This document shows, piece by piece, positions 1 through 8,609 of a stretch of 64,000 bases of DNA (position 1 is its first letter; each line of letters starts with the position of its first letter). The position numbers were made by a program, and so were the translations under genes. The notes below the pieces were generated by a model. That model was not told the origin of the DNA and searched no databases. It saw only the letters and a list, made by a program, of their open reading frames with translations. Location of the stretch: the NCBI GenBank assembly GCA_036676985.1, contig JAKFBU010000056.1:32001-96000 (forward strand), given 5' to 3'. The DNA comes from Candidatus Sericytochromatia bacterium. GTDB lineage: Bacteria > Cyanobacteriota > Sericytochromatia > S15B-MN24 > UBA4093.

Positions 1-201
1 CCGGCCGATGGGCAGGGGCTCCTGCACGTGTGCCCAGCCGGACGGCTCACCTGGCGAAGTCACGCTCCCCTGCTCGACGCGCACGGCCGGATCGGCCGCG
101 GGCTGCGGCGGAGCACCGGACAGCTGGGGCGGCGTGCAGCCCGCAAGCCCGGCGAGCGAGAGGCCCAGGGCGAGGGAAAGGTTGCGCAGGCGTCTCGTCA
201 T
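1..201 (-). CDS. Lipoprotein, N-terminal part only (runs off window), probably kelch-repeat
   Basis: Not in the ORF track. Read manually: ATG at 201 with a GGAGG RBS gives MTRRLRNLSLALGLSLAGLAGC... (lipobox LAGC), ending PLPIGR like a kelch blade start. Co-oriented with two kelch lipoproteins. Confidence 0.7.
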   Translation of the reverse strand, partial: MTRRLRNLSLALGLSLAGLAGCTPPQLSGAPPQPAADPAVRVEQGSVTSPGEPSGWAHVQEPLPIGR

Positions 202-211
202 CCCGGCCTCC

Positions 212-1498
212 CTAGGGTGCATAGACTTCGACCACGCGGGTCGCGCGCCCGGCGGCATCCGCGCCGCCCAGGGCGTAGAGACGGCCGTTGTGGGGTACCA
301 GGGCCAGGATCGAGCGGGCCGTTGGCATCGGCGCCAGGGTGGCCCAGGTGTCGGTGGCCGGGTCATAGGCCTCGACCGTACGCAGGGTCGCCCCGAGCTC
401 GTTCTTGCCGCCCACCACGTAGATCTTCCCGTTGAGGGCAGCCACGGCGAAGCCGTACCGCTCGGTGGGCATGCGCGCGGGGCCGCCCGGCTCGCCCGAG
501 ATGAGCCATGCGTTGGTCGCGGGATGGTAGACCTGCATCAGCGTGTCCGCATCCGGCCGATCGGCCGCCGCGCTCGCGAGGGTGTAGCCGCCCACCGCGA
601 AGATCCGACCGTCCACGGCCGCAAGGCCGAGTCCCGCCCGCGGGAAGCGGAGGGAGGCGATGGAGCGGGCCAACCGCACCTGCCGGAAGGGATCCGACGG
701 GTCGGGCGGCTGGAGCGTGTCGAAGACGTAGCTCGCACTCCGGACCGTCTGCAGATCGCGGCCACCCGCGACGTAGACCTTGCCGTCCAGCGAGGTCACG
801 CCCATGGAGTAGACGGGTTGACCGGCAAGCTCCAAAAGGGCGGACGGGTAGTCCGGCTGCTTGGGCATGCCCATGGGGTCCCGGCTCCCGAGCGCGAGGC
901 CCGTGTAGTTGGCGCCCCACTCGTCGCCCGACATGCCGCCGAGCACCGCGACGGTGGAATCCACCATGGCCGCCCCGGCGAAGTAGAGGTTCGTGCCGCC
1001 CTGCCCGAGCCCGCCGAAGGACGAGCGGTAGCGCTGCCACTGGCCCGTCGCGTACGTGAAGGTCTCGTCCGTCAAGGAGCCGTCTCCGGTGAAGACGAAG
1101 AGGCGATCGCCCCCATCGACGGCCACCAGCCCCTGCCGCGCCAGGATCATGGGCGTGTGGGGCGACCACGAGTTGGGAGCCATGTCGAGGGTACGCACGT
1201 CCAGGCCCCCGCTGCCCGAGGGAGCAGTGGTCGGGGTGGGGCTCGGCGTGGGCGTCGGGGTCGGGTCGGCCGAGACGTCCGGCGTGGGCGTCGGATCAAC
1301 CGAGGAGGTGGCCGTGGGGGCTGGGCTCGGCGACCTGGTGGGGGTGGGCGAGGGCGATCGCCGCACCGTGATCGTGCCGTCGCTGCCCACGTTGAGCCCC
1401 GTCCCGCCGAGCCCCGGGCACCCGGTGGTGAAGGCGGCAACGGCCACGCTGAGGGCTGCCATGCCCACTCGAACGGTCGATTGTGCGCGTCGGCTCAT
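212..1498 (-). CDS. Kelch-repeat beta-propeller lipoprotein with Pro/Thr linker
   Basis: Signal peptide ending TTGC, PTPTPSPT linker, kelch motifs (GKIYVVGG...VEAYDPATDTW...MPTAR). Confidence 0.85.
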   Translation of the reverse strand: MSRRAQSTVRVGMAALSVAVAAFTTGCPGLGGTGLNVGSDGTITVRRSPSPTPTRSPSPAPTATSSVDPTPTPDVSADPTPTPTPSPTPTTAPSGSGGLDVRTLDMAPNSWSPHTPMILARQGLVAVDGGDRLFVFTGDGSLTDETFTYATGQWQRYRSSFGGLGQGGTNLYFAGAAMVDSTVAVLGGMSGDEWGANYTGLALGSRDPMGMPKQPDYPSALLELAGQPVYSMGVTSLDGKVYVAGGRDLQTVRSASYVFDTLQPPDPSDPFRQVRLARSIASLRFPRAGLGLAAVDGRIFAVGGYTLASAAADRPDADTLMQVYHPATNAWLISGEPGGPARMPTERYGFAVAALNGKIYVVGGKNELGATLRTVEAYDPATDTWATLAPMPTARSILALVPHNGRLYALGGADAAGRATRVVEVYAP

Positions 1499-1507
1499 GG
1501 CGCTCTC

Positions 1508-3361
1508 CTACGGCACGAACGACTCGACGGTGTCCTGGGGCGCGCCTTCGAGGCCGGCGCTGCCGCCGTCCCCTCCGCCCGCGACCACGATGCGTCCGTT
1601 CACGAGGCCCGCCGTCACGTAGCCGCGCGCCCGGCGCAGGGGCGGCTTGATGGCCCACCGCCCGGTCACCGGATCGAACACCTCCACCGAGTTGAGGGGG
1701 ATGCCCCCGATGGTGCAGCCGCCGATCACGTAGATCTTGCCGTTCGCCGCGACCGCCGCCGCCCCGCCGCGCGCCGTGGGCATGGCGGGCTCCAGCCGCC
1801 ACTGCCCGTTGGCATCCGCGCTCTCGACGGCGTTGGAGGGGAACTGGACGTAGGAGCCCGCGAAGTCCGAGAACTCTTGGCCACCGAAGGCGTAGATCCG
1901 GCCAGCCTGCACGACGGTGGCCATGTCGCCGCGCGCGACGTTCAGACCGGTCGGCAGGGTAGCCCACGTGTTGGCGGTCGGATCGTAGCGGAAGCTCTCG
2001 GTGGCGTTGAACTCGGCCGAGAAGTCCCGGTCGTAGGCTGTGTTGCTCTCGGGATAGCTCCCATACGGCCCCCACGAGGCGTCCCGGAAGCCGCCCACCA
2101 GGTAGAGATGCCCGCCGAGGGCCGCCACCGAGGCCCCTCCGCGCGGTACCGGCAGGCTCGGCAGCGTGGACCAGGCACCGCCGTCGAAGCGATAGACGTC
2201 GCGCGCAAGCGCCAGGCCAAACACCCCCGGGCGGATGCCCCCCGCCACGTAGAAGGATCCCCCGAGGCTCGCTCCCTGGGCGTAGCCGAGGACGGCCGGC
2301 AGTCCGGCCTTCTGGGACCAGGACGCGCCATCGTAGGCCCAGACCTGGTTGTGGAAGTAAAGGGAGTCCGTCGCGCGTCGTAGGCCGCCCGCCTGGATCA
2401 GGAGGTCCTCGCCCCCGACGGTCAGCAGGCCGCAGGCACCCGCCATGCCGGCCACGGGCATGGCGCCCTGCACCTGATCGGGCGGCGCGCCCAGGTTCAC
2501 GGACACGGTGGCCGTCTGGTTGGACGTCAGCGTGAGGGAACGGGTGGCCTCGACGCCCATGCCGAGGCTCCGCGCGTGCAGCACCCACGTGCCCGGCGCC
2601 ACCGGCGTCACGCGGTGCGTCCCGTTGTGCAGGGTGACGTTCTTGGGAGAAAGCGGGTCGTCGAGCCAGACGTCTGCCGGAGCCGGTCCCGGGATGCCCT
2701 CCAGCGTCACGTCCAGGGTCGCGGGATAGCGGACGTAGCGCGTCTCGAAGGAGGGCACCCGGCCCGCCAGCTGGATGTCCGCGGCGATCGCCTCCGCGTT
2801 CACGAGCTCGGGATAGACGGCTCCTTGCCGGATCACCGCCTCGACGAGCCCTTGCAGTGCGGCTTCGTTCAGCGTCTCGGCGAGGTGGCGGTCCTGGGCG
2901 CGATCGCCCGCGAGCACCCGCTCGAAGACCATGCCGCGCGGCGTGGTGACCTTGCCGAGGTCGGCCCGAGCCGAGGTGCCCGCGACGATGTCGACGGTGG
3001 TCTTGAGGGTGCCGCCCGGGACCGGGGCCCCCTGCGCGTCGAGGCGGTCCAGGGTCACGATGCGGTTGGGCCCCGCCGGCAGGTTCGAGACGACCAGCGA
3101 GGCGGTGGCCTCGCTGGAGAGGTCGGCCGTCAGGACCACCGGCGCGCTCATGCCGGGTCCGTCCACCGAGAGGCGCGCCCGCGCGGCCGGGGCGGCCCAC
3201 TGGGTGGCGCGTGCTTCGGCGCCGAGGACGAGGCGCACTTCGCCGCGGGCCGTGGAGGGCAGGGTGGTGGAGGTCGTCAGGGCGCGCGGCGTGCAGCCCG
3301 CGAGGCCCACGCAGGCGGCGAGGGTCAGCCAGCCGATTGTCCGAGGGGTGCATGCCGGCAT
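1508..3361 (-). CDS. Kelch-repeat lipoprotein with N-terminal Ig/transthyretin-like domains
   Basis: Lipobox LAGC; C-terminal kelch repeats (GRIYAFGG, GKIYVIGG, VEVFDPVTGRW). Confidence 0.85.
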   Translation of the reverse strand: MPACTPRTIGWLTLAACVGLAGCTPRALTTSTTLPSTARGEVRLVLGAEARATQWAAPAARARLSVDGPGMSAPVVLTADLSSEATASLVVSNLPAGPNRIVTLDRLDAQGAPVPGGTLKTTVDIVAGTSARADLGKVTTPRGMVFERVLAGDRAQDRHLAETLNEAALQGLVEAVIRQGAVYPELVNAEAIAADIQLAGRVPSFETRYVRYPATLDVTLEGIPGPAPADVWLDDPLSPKNVTLHNGTHRVTPVAPGTWVLHARSLGMGVEATRSLTLTSNQTATVSVNLGAPPDQVQGAMPVAGMAGACGLLTVGGEDLLIQAGGLRRATDSLYFHNQVWAYDGASWSQKAGLPAVLGYAQGASLGGSFYVAGGIRPGVFGLALARDVYRFDGGAWSTLPSLPVPRGGASVAALGGHLYLVGGFRDASWGPYGSYPESNTAYDRDFSAEFNATESFRYDPTANTWATLPTGLNVARGDMATVVQAGRIYAFGGQEFSDFAGSYVQFPSNAVESADANGQWRLEPAMPTARGGAAAVAANGKIYVIGGCTIGGIPLNSVEVFDPVTGRWAIKPPLRRARGYVTAGLVNGRIVVAGGGDGGSAGLEGAPQDTVESFVP

Positions 3362-3533
3362 GCCGTCCGCCTTCCCGCCTGATTGCCTCTAGAGGTTGTT
3401 CCCGCGATCGCCGGCGGCTAATCCGGCCCCCGAGCGCCCAAATTGCGCCACGCTCGGTCGGTTGATATACTGGGGCGCATCACACCCGTCCCCAGGGGGT
3501 GGATGGGGCACTCGAGCCAACAAAGGACGGCCC

Positions 3534-4583
3534 ATGCACGGCGACCTCACGTTCCGGGAAATCCTCGAGCAGCCGGCGGTCTGGCAGCGCGTGCTCGACA
3601 GCCTGCCCCAGCGGCTCGAAGGGCTCGACCTCGAAGGAGTCGAGGAACTCCTCTTTCTGGGCTGCGGCAGCTCCTACCACCTGGCCGAGGCGGGCGCCAA
3701 GATCTTCGCGGACGTCACGGGCGCCCGGGTCCGGTTCGCCCCCGCCTCCGAGGTCTTCCTCGCCCCCCACACGCTCTTCCACAAGGGCGATCGCATCGCC
3801 GTCGTCGCCATCTCTCGCACGGGCACGACCTCTGAGGTCCTCAAGGCCATCGACCTGTTCAAGCGCCTGCGCACGACCGGTGACCTGTCGGGACCGGTCT
3901 ACGGCGTCACCTGCACCCCGGACAGCCCGATCGTCGCCGCCTGCGACCAGAGCGTGCTCGTCCCGGCCACCGAGGAGAGCCTGGTGATGACCCAGGCCTT
4001 CACCGGGACCCTCCTGGCGATCGCCCTCTGGGCCGCGGCCGTGAGCGCGGAAGCAGGCTCCCTGGGGGCCCTGAGCGCCCTCGACGCCGCGGGCCAGCAG
4101 GTCCTCGAACGCGCCTCCATGATTAAAGAACTGGCCTCTTACGCCGAGATCCGACGCTTCGTCTTCCTCGGATCGGGCCCGCTGCACGCGATCGCCGAGG
4201 AGGGCGCCCTCAAGCTCATGGAGATGGCGCTGGTGCCGGACGTCGCCGCCTACCACGCCTTGGAATACCGGCACGGCCCCAAGTCGACCATCGGCCCCGA
4301 CACCCTCGTGGTCATGCTCCTCTCCCAGGCCGCGGGCCGTTACGAGCGGGAGCTCCTCGCGGAGCTCAAGGGGCTCGGGGCGCGCACCCTCGTGCTGGTC
4401 GGCAACGAAGCGGAGGCGGTGGCCCCCCATGCCGATTACCAGGTCGCGGTCGGGGCCTACCCCGACGCCCTGCGCGCCGTGCTCTACACGCCGCTGCTGC
4501 AACTATTGGCCTACCACCGGGCCATCCTGCGCGGGACCGATCCCGACCATCCCCAGCACCTGAGCCGTTCGGTCATCCTCTAA
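3534..4583 (+). CDS. SIS-domain sugar-phosphate isomerase/deaminase (AgaS/GlmS-like)
   Basis: EILEQP, LGCGSS, AISRTGTTSE, EGALKLME, EYRHGPKS motifs; ATG at 3534 after AAGGA. Confidence 0.85.
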   Translation: MHGDLTFREILEQPAVWQRVLDSLPQRLEGLDLEGVEELLFLGCGSSYHLAEAGAKIFADVTGARVRFAPASEVFLAPHTLFHKGDRIAVVAISRTGTTSEVLKAIDLFKRLRTTGDLSGPVYGVTCTPDSPIVAACDQSVLVPATEESLVMTQAFTGTLLAIALWAAAVSAEAGSLGALSALDAAGQQVLERASMIKELASYAEIRRFVFLGSGPLHAIAEEGALKLMEMALVPDVAAYHALEYRHGPKSTIGPDTLVVMLLSQAAGRYERELLAELKGLGARTLVLVGNEAEAVAPHADYQVAVGAYPDALRAVLYTPLLQLLAYHRAILRGTDPDHPQHLSRSVIL

Positions 4584-4594
4584 GGAGTCGCTCC

Positions 4595-5473
4595 ATGCCG
4601 CTGGTCCCCGCCACCTCCGTTCTCGCCGCCGCACGCGCGGGCCGCTACGCCGTGGGCGCCTTCAACGCCCACAACCTCGAGTTCGTCCAGGGCATCCTGC
4701 GCGCCGCCGAGGAGCTGCAGGCCCCGGTCATCCTCCAGCTCACGGCGCGGGCCATCCACTACGCCGGCCTCCGGACGCTCGCGTCCATGGTCCGCGCCGC
4801 GGCCCAGCAGTCGCCGGTGCCCGTGGTCATGCACCTGGATCAGGGCGACTACGAGATGAACATGCGCTGCCTGGTGGCGGGCTTCACGTCCCTCATGTTC
4901 GACGGCTCGGCCCTACCGTTCGCCATGAACGTGGAGGAGTCGCACCGGGTGGCCGAGGCCGCGCACGTCATGGGGATCCCCGTGGAAGGCGAGCTCGGCC
5001 ACGTCGGCGGCCGGCGCCAGGCCGCTCCCGGCGCTCCGGAGGACTTCACGGATCCCGACGCCGCCCAGCGCTACGTGACGCTCTCGGGGGTGGACAGCCT
5101 CGCGGTCACGGTGGGCTCCGTGCCCCGCATGCGCGAGAAGACCGCCCGGCTCGATATCGCCCGCATCCGGGCCCTCTCCCACGCCACGGGCGTTCCCCTC
5201 GTGCTCCGCCACTCCTCGGGGCTCACGGACGACGACCTGCGCCAGGCCATCTCCAACGGCATTGCCAAGGTCGTGGTCGGCACCGAGCTGAACCACGCCT
5301 TCACCGGCGCCCTGCGCCAGGCGGTGGAGCGGGATCCCGAGCAGATCGACCCCAGACCGCTGCTCGGAGCGGGGCGCACGGCGATCGCCGAGGTGGTCCG
5401 CGAGAAGATCCGGCTCTTCGGTTCGGCGGGCAAGGGTCTAGAGGCTGCTTCCCAGGCGATTTCGGGGCGCTGA
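4595..5473 (+). CDS. Class II fructose/tagatose-bisphosphate aldolase homologue with degenerate active site
   Basis: YAVGAFN, GFTSLMFDGS, VEGELG, DPR, KIRLFGSAGK match the fold; Zn-ligand motifs are altered (HLDQ, GSVPR, VLRHSSG). Confidence 0.85.
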   Translation: MPLVPATSVLAAARAGRYAVGAFNAHNLEFVQGILRAAEELQAPVILQLTARAIHYAGLRTLASMVRAAAQQSPVPVVMHLDQGDYEMNMRCLVAGFTSLMFDGSALPFAMNVEESHRVAEAAHVMGIPVEGELGHVGGRRQAAPGAPEDFTDPDAAQRYVTLSGVDSLAVTVGSVPRMREKTARLDIARIRALSHATGVPLVLRHSSGLTDDDLRQAISNGIAKVVVGTELNHAFTGALRQAVERDPEQIDPRPLLGAGRTAIAEVVREKIRLFGSAGKGLEAASQAISGR

Positions 5474-5700
5474 ATCGTTACCTAACTTCAAATTTCGCTT
5501 GGATGTAAACGTCCGCCGGGCTGGTGTATCCACCCGGCGGACGCGGCTATGACTTGCTCAGCAAGAGGGAGCCACCGCAATATCTCGACACGTATCGCAA
5601 GAATATTGCCGATTTGCTGCGGGTAGGAAGGTGTCACGAAGAAAGATTGCGCCATATTTCTCGGCCGCAACCTCTCGCAACGAAAGGACACTTTTTCCGA

Positions 5701-7260
5701 ATGGCTTCCAAGCACCAGACCCTCAAGACCCTCTTCTGCTCGAGCGTGGCCATGGCCGTCCTGGCCGGCTGCGGCACCGGCCCCTCCATGGTGCCGACGA
5801 TCGAACACGGCATGGGCTTCGGCGGCACCGTTCCGTCGATCCAGGCCGGGGCCCCGAACCTGGAAGCAGGAGCAGCCGGTTTCAAGATCTTCGTCAACGA
5901 CGTGACCCACCCCTCGAACAGCTTCGTGCTCGCGACCAACCGCAACCACGTCTCGGACAACTTCCCCAACGGCGCCGCCAAGCTCGCCAAGCTCAAGGAG
6001 CTGCGCCCGAGCTGGGGTCAGGGCCGCTACATGTACCGCATCGGCCATGGTCCGACCGACGGCCGCAACGACTACAACTACATGACGGGCTACCACTTCG
6101 AGCAGCACTGGAACAAGAACGGCGGCTACCCCTACGACGACCTCCGCAACGCGCTCAAGGACGCCAACGACCTCGACGCCGAGCAGCTGCACGTCGTGAA
6201 CTTCGGCACCGGCACCGCCGAGGAGGCCGGCCGCTACGTCAGCTACCTGAACAACCCCAACGACGCGAACCGCAAGCAGTACCCCTTCCCCGTCCAGAAC
6301 GCCAAGTACTTCGAGATCGGCAACGAGATCAGCTGGTCCATGGTGCGCGGCCACGCCGAGCACGCCGCCACCGAGACGCAGTATGCCAAGCGCGCCAAGG
6401 AGTTCGCCCAGGCCATGCGCAAGTCCAGCCCCACGCCCATCAAGATCGGCGCGGTGGCCTCGACCAACTCGGCCTGGCGCTGGGACGGCGGCGGCGCCGA
6501 GGACGAGATCGTCAAGAACATCCTGACGACCATGGGCACGGACGTGGACTTCCTCATCTACCACGGCTATCCCAGCTGGCCGATCAAGAACGAGGGCGAC
6601 CTCAACACCTACATGGCCCAGAACGCCTGGAACGATCGTCTCCTGACCCAGAAGATCGAGCCTGCGATCAAGCAGTACGCCAAGCACAACGTCCAGATCG
6701 CCAACACGGAGTTCTTCACCGAGCAGTACAACGACACCAAGAAGGCGCGTGGCCTCTTCGGCGCCATCTACTCGGCCGACACCGTCAGCCTCGCGCTCAA
6801 CCACAACATGCTCGTCGCGAACCAGTTCTGCCTGGACCACGGCGAGTCGGCGGACGCCGCCTTCTTCTACGGCGACAACCCCGAGCGCGTGACGCCCATC
6901 TTCCAGTTCCAGAAGATGCTCGCCAAGCACTGGGGCGACCAGCAGATCAAGGTCGACGCGCAGGCCATCCCCACCAACCAGGTCGGCGACATCGCGGTGC
7001 CCAAGCTCGGCATCACGGCCTCCAAGGGCCGCAACGGCAAGGTCTACGTGATGGTCACCAACCGCACGCAGTCCGAGGCCGTCAACGCGAAGCTCGCCCT
7101 CGGCTTCACGCCGAAGTCGGCGACCGCCCACGTCCTGTCCGGCACCGCCGGCTGGGACTCGGACGAGAACAACACCAAGGTCGAGACCAAGGCCGTTGGC
7201 CTGAACGGCGCCTACTCGTTCCCCGCAGCCTCGGTCACCATCCTCGAAATCACGCCCTAA
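5701..7260 (+). CDS. Lipoprotein glycoside hydrolase, clan GH-A (GH51 arabinofuranosidase-like)
   Basis: Lipobox LAGC; VVNFGTG..EEA..YVSY, YFEIGNE acid/base motif, IANTEF nucleophile, C-terminal beta-sandwich ending FPAASVTILEI. Confidence 0.75.
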   Translation: MASKHQTLKTLFCSSVAMAVLAGCGTGPSMVPTIEHGMGFGGTVPSIQAGAPNLEAGAAGFKIFVNDVTHPSNSFVLATNRNHVSDNFPNGAAKLAKLKELRPSWGQGRYMYRIGHGPTDGRNDYNYMTGYHFEQHWNKNGGYPYDDLRNALKDANDLDAEQLHVVNFGTGTAEEAGRYVSYLNNPNDANRKQYPFPVQNAKYFEIGNEISWSMVRGHAEHAATETQYAKRAKEFAQAMRKSSPTPIKIGAVASTNSAWRWDGGGAEDEIVKNILTTMGTDVDFLIYHGYPSWPIKNEGDLNTYMAQNAWNDRLLTQKIEPAIKQYAKHNVQIANTEFFTEQYNDTKKARGLFGAIYSADTVSLALNHNMLVANQFCLDHGESADAAFFYGDNPERVTPIFQFQKMLAKHWGDQQIKVDAQAIPTNQVGDIAVPKLGITASKGRNGKVYVMVTNRTQSEAVNAKLALGFTPKSATAHVLSGTAGWDSDENNTKVETKAVGLNGAYSFPAASVTILEITP

Positions 7261-7284
7261 CGCACGTCGCATCCACGCAAATCG

Positions 7285-7315
7285 GCGTCCCCCTGGCTTC
7301 AGGGGGACGCTTTTT
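7285..7315 (+). terminator. Intrinsic terminator
   Basis: gcgtccccctg-gctt-cagggggacgc followed by TTTTT. Confidence 0.85.
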
Positions 7316-7360
7316 CGCTCTGATCGTTTATGATGAGAGCGATCACCCCAGGGAGGTGTC

Positions 7361-7645
7361 ATGTTCGACCACCTACAGACGCCCGAACAAATCGAGGCCT
7401 ACCTCGCCGAGGCCCGCACCCGGCTCGACGAAGCCGCCTGGCGCCAACTGGTCCACCAACTCGCCGACGAGATGGCCAAGCGCGCCGACTCGCCCGGTGC
7501 CGAGCTCTTGCAGCGGATCCGGGTCTACAAGCGGGCCACCGACCAGCTGGAGCTGCCGCCCGAGCTCGAGGCGACCACCGAGTCGCCCAAAGCCAAGGCC
7601 CGCGGCTGGAAGGTCCTCTTGGGCGGACGCACGCGCCCGGAATAG
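7361..7645 (+). CDS. Hypothetical protein (94 aa, helical)
   Basis: GGAGG RBS, typical codon usage. Confidence 0.65.
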   Translation: MFDHLQTPEQIEAYLAEARTRLDEAAWRQLVHQLADEMAKRADSPGAELLQRIRVYKRATDQLELPPELEATTESPKAKARGWKVLLGGRTRPE

Positions 7646-7826
7646 CCGTCCCGGGCCTCGAGCAGGTGTCCTGCGGGACGGCAATACGGCTTGAAGCGCC
7701 CGTCTCGCCGGGGCTTCCGCTTGCCGTTGCGCTGGCTGGGCGCACGCGGTAAGCTTGCTTTGAGTGCGTCGCCCCCAGGCCCCTGACCACGAACCTGACC
7801 TGGTATCCCGACCGAAGGAGAATCCC

Positions 7827-8603
7827 GTGCGCTCCGCTTTCATCGCCGCCATCGCCGTCCTGGGGCTCACTGCCCCGGCTCATGCCTATCCGACCGCGCT
7901 CGTGAACGTGCCGACCGGAGGCGTGACGCCGTACAAGAGCTATCACTTCGGCCTCTACAACTACGTGCAGCCGAGCCTGATCCCCACCATGGACTCGCCG
8001 TACCTCGGCATGGGGTCGCTGTCGGTCGGGCTCGTGCCCTTCTTCGATCTGGCTCCGGGCGTGGCGGCGGGTGCCGTCGAGCTGGGCGTGGACGGGTTCT
8101 ATCCCTTCCCGAGCAGCCTCTATCCGGTCGACGCGGCATGGCCGTCGGGCGGCGGTCCCCTCATGGCGCAGCCGCACTTCAAGATCGGCCTCCTGCAGGA
8201 GACGGACATCCTGCCCGGACTCGCGGTGGGCAGCTACTTCCTCGGCCTGCCGGACATCACCTTGTCGGCCAACATGCTGCATGCGAGCGCCACCAAGTGG
8301 CTCACGCTGCAGGACTGGGATCTGGGCCAGTTCACCGTCACGGCCTACCACGGCAACCCGCTCGCCCTCGGATCCAGCGCGAACGGTCTGATGGCGGGCT
8401 ACTACCGCAACCTGCCCTGGAACCTCTACGTCATGGGCGACTACACGACGGGCTCGAGCCAGATCAGCGGCACCAACCTTGCGCTCGGCTACACCGTCAA
8501 CCGCACGCTCAGTGTCACGGGCGGCGTCTTCGTGTCGGGCCGTGCCGGCAACGAGAACAAGGGCTTCATCTTCCTCGACTGGATCGGCGATCTGCCCATC
8601 TAG
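7827..8603 (+). CDS. Exported protein, probable outer-membrane beta-barrel (YjbH-like N-terminus)
   Basis: GTG after AAGGAG; signal peptide ending AHA; ALVNVPT motif; alternating aromatic beta-strands. Confidence 0.55.
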   Translation: MRSAFIAAIAVLGLTAPAHAYPTALVNVPTGGVTPYKSYHFGLYNYVQPSLIPTMDSPYLGMGSLSVGLVPFFDLAPGVAAGAVELGVDGFYPFPSSLYPVDAAWPSGGGPLMAQPHFKIGLLQETDILPGLAVGSYFLGLPDITLSANMLHASATKWLTLQDWDLGQFTVTAYHGNPLALGSSANGLMAGYYRNLPWNLYVMGDYTTGSSQISGTNLALGYTVNRTLSVTGGVFVSGRAGNENKGFIFLDWIGDLPI

Positions 8604-8609
8604 CCGCTT

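Noticed and set aside
8-2383. Long antisense or alternate-frame ORFs (also 5488-7362, 10185-12014, 32031-34190, 34114-37818, 43471-45990, 47405-49375)
   Set aside because: They overlap well-supported genes, have Arg/Gly/Ala-rich non-protein-like composition, and are expected in high-GC DNA where stops are rare.
5474-5700. Possible riboswitch or sRNA upstream of the glycoside hydrolase
   Set aside because: Only a short inverted pair (gcaatat/atattgc) and CGCAA repeats are visible; no recognisable aptamer consensus.
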